Shown one piece after another: positions 9,552-16,976 of a stretch of DNA of 64,000 bases; position 1 is the stretch's first letter, and each line of letters begins with the position of its first letter. A program made the translations under genes and the position numbers. This stretch comes from an uncultured Planctomycetales bacterium (GTDB lineage: Bacteria; Omnitrophota; Gorgyraeia; Zapsychrales; JANLHA01), in contig CAYYRJ010000008.1 in assembly GCA_964474085.1 (NCBI GenBank), positions 23,677 through 87,676 of the forward strand, written 5' to 3'. The notes below the pieces were generated by a model that saw nothing but the letters and a program-made list of their open reading frames with translations, was not told the origin of the DNA and searched no databases.

Positions 9552-9998
9552 ATGCGAAATATTGCTCTGATTGTAATTTTGCTTTGCTTCATGGGGTGTT
9601 CGGCCACGGAGTGGAATCAATTGATGTGGGGTAATCCTAACGGGCCGCAGCCAGCCCCTAAACAGTACGGCGCTCTATGTATTACTTGCCAACGTGATTT
9701 TGTGGTGACTGAGCAGATTATTAGTGCTGGGAAGGGAGTTGTTTGTCCATATTGTGGCAAAGAGCAAGATATTCAGATGGCCATGAACCGGTACACATAT
9801 CAAACCCAGCAGCAACAAGAAGTAGCTAATCAGGCTTTTTGGCAAAAGCGACAAGAGACTTTACAGCGAAGGAGAGAAGAAGAGCAGAAAGCAAGTGAGG
9901 AACGGAAAAAATGGTTGTTAGCTCCAAGTCAACGACAATCCACGCATACAAGTTGTAGCCCTAATGGGAGTGGTGGGTTTTCTTGCAATTCTTGGTAA
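9552..9998 (+). CDS. Lipoprotein with a CxxC...CxxC zinc-ribbon and a charged, Q-rich C-terminal helix
   Basis: Signal peptide MRNIALIVILLCFMGCS; motifs CITC...CPYC; QQQQE/RRREEEQK low-complexity region. Confidence 0.5.
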   Translation: MRNIALIVILLCFMGCSATEWNQLMWGNPNGPQPAPKQYGALCITCQRDFVVTEQIISAGKGVVCPYCGKEQDIQMAMNRYTYQTQQQQEVANQAFWQKRQETLQRRREEEQKASEERKKWLLAPSQRQSTHTSCSPNGSGGFSCNSW

Positions 9999-10288
9999 GA
10001 ATATTATTTAAAGAGAGCATTGAAACATGGTTTTTTGCAAAAATTTGTTGATTTTTATTTAAAATTATGGTCTAATTAAAATACGGTTGACAGTACCCGT
10101 ATAAAAAAACTGGTCACTTCTATCCGTCGAAAAGGATCCTTGTTTAAGGGATTAAATGGACGGCTCTACGAAGGGTATCGAGCAGGAAATAGTTGAATCG
10201 CTCGGAACTCTTCGTTTTTTTATTTATTGGCCGAAGATTCGAGCAAGCGCTTGAGTCCTCGGTTTTTTTATTGTTCAAAAGGAGCCAA

Positions 10289-10480
10289 ATGAGAAATGAT
10301 AACTTTTTGAATCAGATTCGTAAGAGGCAAAAGTTAAAACTTAAGGATATTTCCAGTAAAACGGGATTGAGCGTTGGATATTTAGGAACAATTTTTTCCG
10401 GGAGACTTTCATTTGTACCTGAGCAGACCAAAAGTAAGATCGCCATGGCATTGGGTGTTTCAAAAAAATTTATTTATTAA
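10289..10480 (+). CDS. Small XRE-type HTH protein
   Basis: LKDISSKTGLSVGYLGTIFSG HTH. The ORF is listed from 10193 but the likely start is ATG 10289. Confidence 0.45.
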   Translation: MRNDNFLNQIRKRQKLKLKDISSKTGLSVGYLGTIFSGRLSFVPEQTKSKIAMALGVSKKFIY

Positions 10481-10868
10481 GGCATGTGAATTTAATTTTT
10501 GGGCGCCTTTTTGAACTAAACAATTTTGACTAGACCTCATATATAAACGAAAGAGAAAAGATGCTCAACCATGCTTTAACCTATTTAAGACGAGGGTGGG
10601 CTGTATTCCAGGTACAAGTTAAAGAGCTGTTCGGGTGTAAATTCCATGCGTTCTTTCTTTGAGTTTGCGTTCGTAATAGGTTCCAATGGTGGCATCCTTT
10701 TGGCAGTATATTCTTTTTTCGCCTAAAGTTAATTAACCCTTCCGCTTGAGGTCACTGTCGCTGAAAAAATGGGGGAGCATACGGTCAAAGCGGGTTTAAT
10801 TTCCAAATCAAATACTTCTGCGAGAGATGCGTTGTTGAAATTGAATCTTGTAAAAAAGTGAAGGCCTT

Positions 10869-12842
10869 ATGTACAAAGTATTTTGGAACCAAGTAATATC
10901 TCCTCGCCGATTATCAAATGGACATTATATTGCCAACTGCCCACTATGCGGCGAAACAGACGGACATTTCTACGCTAATTATTTATCCGGCCAGTGGGAC
11001 TGTAAAAAATGCCAAGCCAAGGGCAACGCGGTCACGTTCCTGCGGGATCACCAGAGGATGCCGGACGCCCAGATCGCTAATGAACTAAACCGATTAGGTA
11101 TAGCCTCAACTTCTGAATCACAAAGGTTACCCCAACCCAAGAGCGAATACAAGATTTTTGATGAGAAGATGGTCGATTATTATTGTTCCCAATTATCCAC
11201 GGACAAGAAGGCGGAATTTGCCGCGGAGCGCGGGCTGTCTGTTGAGATATTGGATAAGTACCGGCTGGGGATCAATGATATTGGCGAGTTCACTCTCCCC
11301 GTATTCGATACTCAAGGAAAGATTAGAAACATCCTAAGGAAAAAGCCGGGAGAGTCGACCATTTCAATTCAAGGCGGCGAAGGGTTACTTTTCGGAGTTG
11401 AGGACTTAATCGCGCCGGTTATTTTTGTAGTTGAAGGTCCGTGGTCGGCCATGGCCTTAAAAGAACGCGGATTTAAGGCGGTCGGGACTCCCGGGGCCGG
11501 GATTTTGAAGGATAGCCAAGTTGACTTGTTTAAAAGCAAGGAAGTCTATCTAATCCCGGACAACGACGAACCTGGCAGGAAGGGGATGGCGTCAATCGCC
11601 CAGAAGCTCCGCGGCGTTGCGGAAAGCGTTTATACGATAAGTCTACCAGTCCCGGAGAAGAAGGATGCCCGTGATTTCTTTAAGGCTGGTGGTACCGTGG
11701 ACCAGCTTGAGGAACTTATCAAGCAGGCCCGAGAGAATCCGTCTGTGATGGCAGAGTCAGAAATTGAGAAGCACTCCAGCCATAAAAAGTTGTCACCCGT
11801 TCCCAGTTACGACGAATTTATTAAGCAAGAGTTCCCTCCAGTTGAGTTTTTTATCGGTAGTGTAGACGGAGGTGCCTTATTGCAAAAGAACGGGATTACC
11901 ATGATCAGCGCGGAATTTGGCAAGGGCAAAACGCTTTTGGGTTTAAACATGGCTTGGGCCATTACTAAGGGCGTTGATATTTTCCTGGGCTTTCCCGTTA
12001 AGAAGGCCCGGGGGCTTTATTTGATATTTGAGGGCGGCAATTCGTCATTTCAGAAGCGATTAAAGGCCATAGGCGAAGGGGAGTCGAACCCGGACTTATA
12101 CGTGAAGTGTATCGTTCACTCGTTTAATTTGACCCCTACCGGGAACGAGAAGACCGAAGACCAGAAGGAATTTGAGGAAGAGATTGAACGACTTAAGGTC
12201 GACTTTGTTGTTATTGACAACGCCGCGAATGTTTTTTCTGGGGATGAGAATGATCAAAAGCAAGTTAAGCCGTTTATGGATTACCTGATCTCGGTTAAGG
12301 AGAAATTCAGGGTGTCATTTATTATTTTACGGCATTGGAAGAAGACTCAAGCCAAGGGCGGTAGCCCAAAAAGGCAAATGGCAACAGGGTCAATATGGTG
12401 GCTTAACGCGGTGGATAACCAGATATGCCTATCGGGTGAGTCCATAGACAGTATTATCCTAAGCACCGAAAAGGAACGGAACTGTGCTTCATTCTCGCCC
12501 AAAGTGGTCACAATTACAAAGCCGGATTTACATTTTAAGTTTCTCAAGGATTTTGCCAGCAACGGTCCGCGCTATACCGAAGACAACACGCTCCTGCCTG
12601 CTTGGGAGAGTTTCGGGGCCACCCGGGTTAAGCAGACGGACTTGGTTGTCAAGATGACCCAGATTGTCCAGGCCGGTGGGGCTAAGTGTTCAAAACGGAC
12701 AGCTAGTGGGCTTTTAGACAATAGTAAGCGCTTCTTTAAGACGCCTATCGTTCCCGGTAGCAGGAAATCTGGCAATTGGATCGCTTTAAAGCCGGATTCT
12801 GGTATTGAACTTTTTGACGAGGGTGAGGACAATGTTTCTTAA
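10869..12842 (+). CDS. Bifunctional primase-helicase (CHC2-like zinc finger, Toprim, RepA/DnaB-like P-loop)
   Basis: CPLCG...CKKC zinc motif; Toprim E (VVEGPW) and DxD (PDNDEPG); Walker A AEFGKGKT. Architecture typical of P4-alpha/PICI-type replication initiators. Confidence 0.85.
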   Translation: MYKVFWNQVISPRRLSNGHYIANCPLCGETDGHFYANYLSGQWDCKKCQAKGNAVTFLRDHQRMPDAQIANELNRLGIASTSESQRLPQPKSEYKIFDEKMVDYYCSQLSTDKKAEFAAERGLSVEILDKYRLGINDIGEFTLPVFDTQGKIRNILRKKPGESTISIQGGEGLLFGVEDLIAPVIFVVEGPWSAMALKERGFKAVGTPGAGILKDSQVDLFKSKEVYLIPDNDEPGRKGMASIAQKLRGVAESVYTISLPVPEKKDARDFFKAGGTVDQLEELIKQARENPSVMAESEIEKHSSHKKLSPVPSYDEFIKQEFPPVEFFIGSVDGGALLQKNGITMISAEFGKGKTLLGLNMAWAITKGVDIFLGFPVKKARGLYLIFEGGNSSFQKRLKAIGEGESNPDLYVKCIVHSFNLTPTGNEKTEDQKEFEEEIERLKVDFVVIDNAANVFSGDENDQKQVKPFMDYLISVKEKFRVSFIILRHWKKTQAKGGSPKRQMATGSIWWLNAVDNQICLSGESIDSIILSTEKERNCASFSPKVVTITKPDLHFKFLKDFASNGPRYTEDNTLLPAWESFGATRVKQTDLVVKMTQIVQAGGAKCSKRTASGLLDNSKRFFKTPIVPGSRKSGNWIALKPDSGIELFDEGEDNVS

Positions 12843-13068
12843 CTTATCATGCAAAATTGCCGTCTGCACTATAAATGAACGTAAATTTGGTTTCTTAACG
12901 TATGGTGCAAAACGTAATTTTGCATTAGAACGCCACAAAGACGCAAACGGTTGTGGTGCGCATAAAGCGCACAAACAACCTTGCGATGAGGTTTCTTATG
13001 CAGAGGAAAAACACTATATAGGGAAAGAAACGTTTGCATAAGAAAAAAAGAGGTTTGAAAGGAGAACA

Positions 13069-13511
13069 ATGGAGCTAACACCCTCGCATGAAATTTTTGC
13101 CCAGGAGTTGATCGTTAATAAAAGCAACCTAACGTCAGCGTATGCCAAAGCATATCCAAAGGCTTCTTATCCGTCTTGCCGTCAGGGAGTAAGCTGACAG
13201 AAATAATCGACCGTTTGCCACCGGGTCGCATGCGTTCTGATTACAGCAAAAAAAGGGACGCTTTGAGTTCTGTTTCTAGAGAAAAGGAAGAGGAATCAGA
13301 AAGAATAAGCGCGCTCGTGGATATAGCAAAACAAATGAACACGGACTGTTTTATGTGTAAAGAGGTCGTGGAGAAATTTGATCGCAATCAACCTTTAAGC
13401 GATGGAGATAAATATCATATACAATCGCATATCCCTGCGGTAGTCCGGTTGCGGGAATTCAAGGGAAAAGTTTTGGTGAGTATCAAATTATTGATTAACC
13501 ACATATTCTAA
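13069..13511 (+). pseudogene. Frameshifted terminase small-subunit-like gene. The N-terminal HTH is in one frame and the remainder in the +1 frame.
   Basis: 42-aa ORF MELTPSHEIFAQELIVNKSNLTSAYAKAYPKASY matches the TerS N-terminal LTPKQE..F..EY...N.T.A...AGYS signature. ORF 13176-13511 continues in another frame from a TTG. Confidence 0.4.
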
Positions 13512-13972
13512 TTGGATAGGTTCCCGGATGGATCATGACCACAGAAGTTGCGCGCAAAAGGACAATAAGTGCGTGGAATTTAAGTTATAGTGCATAACTT
13601 ACTTTATATCAATTAGTTAAGTGCTGGTTAACATAACCTCAACTATGCGTAACTCATTATATTCCATATCTTTACGATTTGTTGACGCGATTCCCAGCTC
13701 GGCGGTATGTAATTTTACTTAACTTCAATAACTGCATATATTTACAATGAAAAATTAGATAGAAAATATGATGGGAATACACGCGCACGCACAGGTAAGT
13801 ACGTTTATAGCTGGACGCATGTTAGGGCAATTCCATATTTTAAAATTGGCAGGTTGCTACGATTCAAAAAGTCAGAAATCGATCGCTGGATCAACGAGCG
13901 CAGGGTTGAAGAAAGGATAATTTAGGAAGATTAGTTAATTTTAACAGTGAACGTTAAAAAAAGGAGCGAAAA

Positions 13973-14509
13973 ATGGAATCATCTTTTAAATTGAGTGTAA
14001 GTACTTTTATGAGACCAGATCAAGATATTCCGAAATTGATTAGAGCAATGATGAATGATTTGGGGGAGAAAACACCTGATTTTAGCTCGATTCAAGAGGC
14101 ACTGGACTGGTTGAATATGTCCACTGCACCTTTTAAGTTATTTCTAAATTTTATGTTTGAAGACTCCTTGGGTGAGCCGGGTAGGGACTGCCTCAAGAAA
14201 ATACATACAAAATATGGAAAATCACTTATTGAGTTTACATTTGAAGAACTTAAAAACTTTTCATTGACGCCAGAGGGGGAAGAGCTTAAGCGGGTGATTT
14301 TAGTGCGTAAATATCCTATAAGATTTAGCCCCATCGATACCGAATCGCGTGAGGAGTATATTTTTGAGAAAGCAAAATTGGTGTATAAGCTGATTGGGGA
14401 AATTCATTCAGTGATTAAGGCTGGACATAATCCACGAAATTTACTGGCGAGCATGGAGGATTTTCTTTCGGAACCAGAGTATCGATATTTCTTCGAGAGT
14501 GACTATTAA
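13973..14509 (+). CDS. Hypothetical protein (178 aa)
   Basis: ORF with RBS aaggagcg; no recognisable motif. Confidence 0.45.
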   Translation: MESSFKLSVSTFMRPDQDIPKLIRAMMNDLGEKTPDFSSIQEALDWLNMSTAPFKLFLNFMFEDSLGEPGRDCLKKIHTKYGKSLIEFTFEELKNFSLTPEGEELKRVILVRKYPIRFSPIDTESREEYIFEKAKLVYKLIGEIHSVIKAGHNPRNLLASMEDFLSEPEYRYFFESDY

Positions 14510-14558
14510 GAATGAACTCATTTAAGCAGACTTGCGGGGGTAGTTCTTAGGAACTTCG

Positions 14559-14741
14559 ATGGAAAAACGTTTTCTAAATAAAAAAGAACTGGCTGAGTAT
14601 CTGGGCGTTAAGGTTGGCACCCTGTCCGTCTGGGTTTGCTATCGAAAGATCCCGTTTGCCCGTATTGGCAGACTCGTAAAGTTTGACCTGCGTAAAATTG
14701 ATGCTTGGATAGCTGAAAACTCTGTTGAAGTTATGAACTGA
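14559..14741 (+). CDS. AlpA/excisionase-family HTH DNA-binding protein
   Basis: 60 aa; LNKKELAEYLGVKVGTLSVW...IPFARIGRLVKFD matches the Phage_AlpA / Xis HTH_17 pattern. Located upstream of int. Confidence 0.7.
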   Translation: MEKRFLNKKELAEYLGVKVGTLSVWVCYRKIPFARIGRLVKFDLRKIDAWIAENSVEVMN

Positions 14742-14771
14742 TGTTGGTATAATTTGGCGTAAACGCAATTA

Positions 14772-14800
14772 TTGACAATGTATATACATAGATATACAAT
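14772..14800 (+). promoter_or_regulatory. Near-consensus sigma-70 promoter TTGACA-N17-TACAAT with the 12-bp palindrome ATGTATATACAT in the spacer
   Basis: Read directly from the sequence; located upstream of the RHH-int operon. Confidence 0.5.
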
Positions 14801-14811
14801 GGGAGCGTGAG

Positions 14812-14958
14812 ATGTCGAGAGATGAACAGATCAATATCCGCTTAACTCAGGACGAAAAAAAGCAGATTCAGAAAGATGCCCAAGAGCAGGAAAGAACAGC
14901 CAGTAATTTGCTTTTGTGGTGCTGGAAAGAATGGCGAAAGTCGAAAGCGAAGAAATAG
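14812..14958 (+). CDS. Ribbon-helix-helix (CopG/Arc-like) small protein, 48 aa
   Basis: INIRLTQDEKKQIQKDAQEQERTASNLL RHH signature. RBS gggag. Stop TAG sits 1 nt before the int ATG. Confidence 0.5.
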   Translation: MSRDEQINIRLTQDEKKQIQKDAQEQERTASNLLLWCWKEWRKSKAKK

Positions 14959-14959
14959 C

Positions 14960-16078
14960 ATGAATGGTGTATTCCAAAACAAAAAGACTGGGAATTGGTT
15001 TATCGATTATCGCTTGCCTAATGGCAGGCGTCGGCGGGAAACCATTGGCACAAGCAAGAAGCTGGCAGAGAATGTTTTGAGCAAGCGCAAGGTCGGAATT
15101 GCCGAAGGAAAGTTTCTTGATGTTGTTAAGAAGGAGCGTATTAAATTTGAAGATTTTGCCCAAGAATATTTTACTATTCATTCCAAGCAGCACAAGAAGG
15201 GTTGGCAAACTGATTCGTTTAATATAAAAATTTTGAATAGGTTTTTTAAGGGTAAGTATTTATACGAAATCACGCCAGTTGATATCGAGCATTTTAAAAT
15301 CGAGCGGCTCAAAGAAAAGGTTGGCTTAAAAACGATCTCTCTCTCGACTGTTAATCGACAGTTGGACACGCTGCGCGGGATTCTAAATAAAGCAGTCTCG
15401 TGGGGTAAATTGCAAACTAATCCCATGAAGTCAGTTCAATCACTTAAGGTAGCTCCGGGGCGACTTCGTTTTCTTGAGAAAGAGGAGATCGTCAAGCTCT
15501 TATCAAATTGTACGAAAAATCTGCGGCCTATTGTGGTCTTAGCTTTATTTACTGGTATGCGCCGGGGTGAGATTCTTGGTCTTAAATGGCATGATATCGA
15601 CGTTAAGCGGAATATTATTACTCTGTTGGAAACAAAGAATAATCAGAAAAGAGAAGTGCCTATGAGCGAGCATGTAAAAACTGCTCTTATCCGTGTTAGA
15701 AAGCATCCAGATTGCGCATATGTTTTTTGTAATGAAAAAGGTCTACCAGTGCATGACATTCGCAAATCTTACTCGACAGCGCTGCGAAAATCTGGTATAA
15801 AAGATTTTCGCTTTCACGACCTACGCCATACTTTCGCCAGTCAACTGGTCATGGCAGGCGTTGACATCAATACGGTCAGGGAGCTTTTAGGGCATAAAGA
15901 TATTACGATGACTTTACGATATAGTCATTTGGCCCCGAGGCATAAGCAACATGCCGTTGATATTTTGAGCAAGAAAATGGACACTTTTTGGACACTTGAG
16001 GCTAAGCCCAACAATGTTATGAAAAGTGATGTATCAGAAACCATTGAAAATAGATTAGTTACAAATTTCGGGGAGTAG
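14960..16078 (+). CDS. int: Tyrosine-type site-specific integrase
   Basis: R..HDLRHTF...[14 protein letters not shown] catalytic signature. N-terminal SAM-like domain. The 3' end overlaps the tRNA-Pro 5' end. Confidence 0.9.
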   Translation: MNGVFQNKKTGNWFIDYRLPNGRRRRETIGTSKKLAENVLSKRKVGIAEGKFLDVVKKERIKFEDFAQEYFTIHSKQHKKGWQTDSFNIKILNRFFKGKYLYEITPVDIEHFKIERLKEKVGLKTISLSTVNRQLDTLRGILNKAVSWGKLQTNPMKSVQSLKVAPGRLRFLEKEEIVKLLSNCTKNLRPIVVLALFTGMRRGEILGLKWHDIDVKRNIITLLETKNNQKREVPMSEHVKTALIRVRKHPDCAYVFCNEKGLPVHDIRKSYSTALRKSGIKDFRFHDLRHTFASQLVMAGVDINTVRELLGHKDITMTLRYSHLAPRHKQHAVDILSKKMDTFWTLEAKPNNVMKSDVSETIENRLVTNFGE

Positions 16079-16145
16079 CGCAGGTGGCTAGCGCGCAACG
16101 TTCGGGACGTTGAGGTCGTGGGTTCAAATCCCACCTTCCCGACCA
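16069..16145 (+). tRNA. tRNA-Pro (anticodon CGG)
   Basis: Manual fold: acceptor cggggag/cttcccg, D-stem gcgc/gcgc, anticodon stem caacg/cgttg with loop ttCGGga, T-arm gtggg-ttcaaat-cccac, discriminator A, encoded CCA. Confidence 0.85.
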
Positions 16146-16180
16146 GACTATAAATAAACGCGCTGTATAAGTTTTGCTGA

Positions 16181-16254
16181 TTTAGGGAGTCCTTTTTAAG
16201 GCGAATTGCGCCATAGAGGCGCCAATCAAATGAGCCGTAAAAGGACTCCTTAAA
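16181..16254 (+). other. Long imperfect hairpin (about 17-bp stem) enclosing an inner gcgcc/ggcgc hairpin, downstream of tRNA-Pro
   Basis: tttagggagtccttttta ... taaaaggactccttaaa inverted repeat. Confidence 0.3.
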
Positions 16255-16348
16255 TCGACAAGTATAGATATTAAATTGCAGTCTGTTAGAGTGTCCTTCC
16301 AATTTCCTACCTTTTATATAATGCTTTTTTCATTGAAAGGAGCCGGAT

Positions 16349-16702
16349 ATGTCTGAAGTCAACATCCAACCGAACTTAGAAATCGAACGCAACTGGGCGA
16401 TGCTGGCGCATTTTTTAGGGTTAGTCCCCATTCCTCTCGTTGGGATTTTAGGTCCGCTGGTTATTTTGCTAATTAAAAAAGGCGAATCAACTTTTGTTGA
16501 AACAAACGCCCGTGAAGCGATGAGTTTTCAAATTACCGTTTTGATCGCTGTCATGATCTCGGCTTGGCTGTGCCTCTTTTTAATCGGGTTTTTATTGCTT
16601 GGGATCATTTTTGTTGCGAATTTTATTTTGGTCATTAGCGCTGCGATCAAGGCAAAAAAAGGCGAAAATTTTCGGTATCCCTTTTCTTTGCGGTTCTTCT
16701 AG
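16349..16702 (+). CDS. Small membrane protein (DUF4870-like)
   Basis: ERNWAMLAHFLGLVPIP motif and several TM helices. Confidence 0.55.
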   Translation: MSEVNIQPNLEIERNWAMLAHFLGLVPIPLVGILGPLVILLIKKGESTFVETNAREAMSFQITVLIAVMISAWLCLFLIGFLLLGIIFVANFILVISAAIKAKKGENFRYPFSLRFF

Positions 16703-16704
16703 CG

Positions 16705-16974
16705 ATGAAAGTCCAAGCGCATGTATATTTTTCGGGAATTGTTCAGGGCGTGGGATTTCGCTACACGACGCATCGTTTTGCTTGCGACTTAGGGTTGTCC
16801 GGCTGGGTCAAAAATCTTTCGGATGGCCGTGTTGAAATGATAGCCCAAGGCCCTCAAGAAAAGGTCGAAGTATTAATCAAAGAGCTAGAACTTCATTTTT
16901 CCGGGTCGATACAAGAGACGCACGTTTCGTATCTTTCTGCCTTAGATAATTTTAACGGGTTTCGTGTGATCTAG
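16705..16974 (+). CDS. acyP: Acylphosphatase
   Basis: VQGVGFRYTT...GWVKNLSDGRVE acylphosphatase signatures. Confidence 0.8.
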   Translation: MKVQAHVYFSGIVQGVGFRYTTHRFACDLGLSGWVKNLSDGRVEMIAQGPQEKVEVLIKELELHFSGSIQETHVSYLSALDNFNGFRVI

Positions 16975-16976
16975 AC

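Larger units (their letters stand above)
4968..16068 (+). mobile_element. Integrative genomic island (satellite/PICI-like or small integrative element) next to tRNA-Pro
   Basis: Contains int, an RHH gene, an AlpA-like gene, a terS-like remnant, a primase-helicase and XRE regulators. The cargo is AT-rich. Flanked by an orphan tRNA 3' half on the left and tRNA-Pro on the right. Confidence 0.6.

Noticed and set aside
4878-16190. Shared 9-mer tataagttt near both island ends as a candidate att direct repeat
   Set aside because: Only 9 contiguous matches with poor flanking identity. The chance expectation is not negligible for two approximately 200-bp AT-rich windows.
16599-16835. 78-aa ORF overlapping the end of the DUF4870 gene and the start of acyP
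   Set aside because: It overlaps two better-supported genes out of frame. It has a Ser/Cys-rich composition and no RBS.
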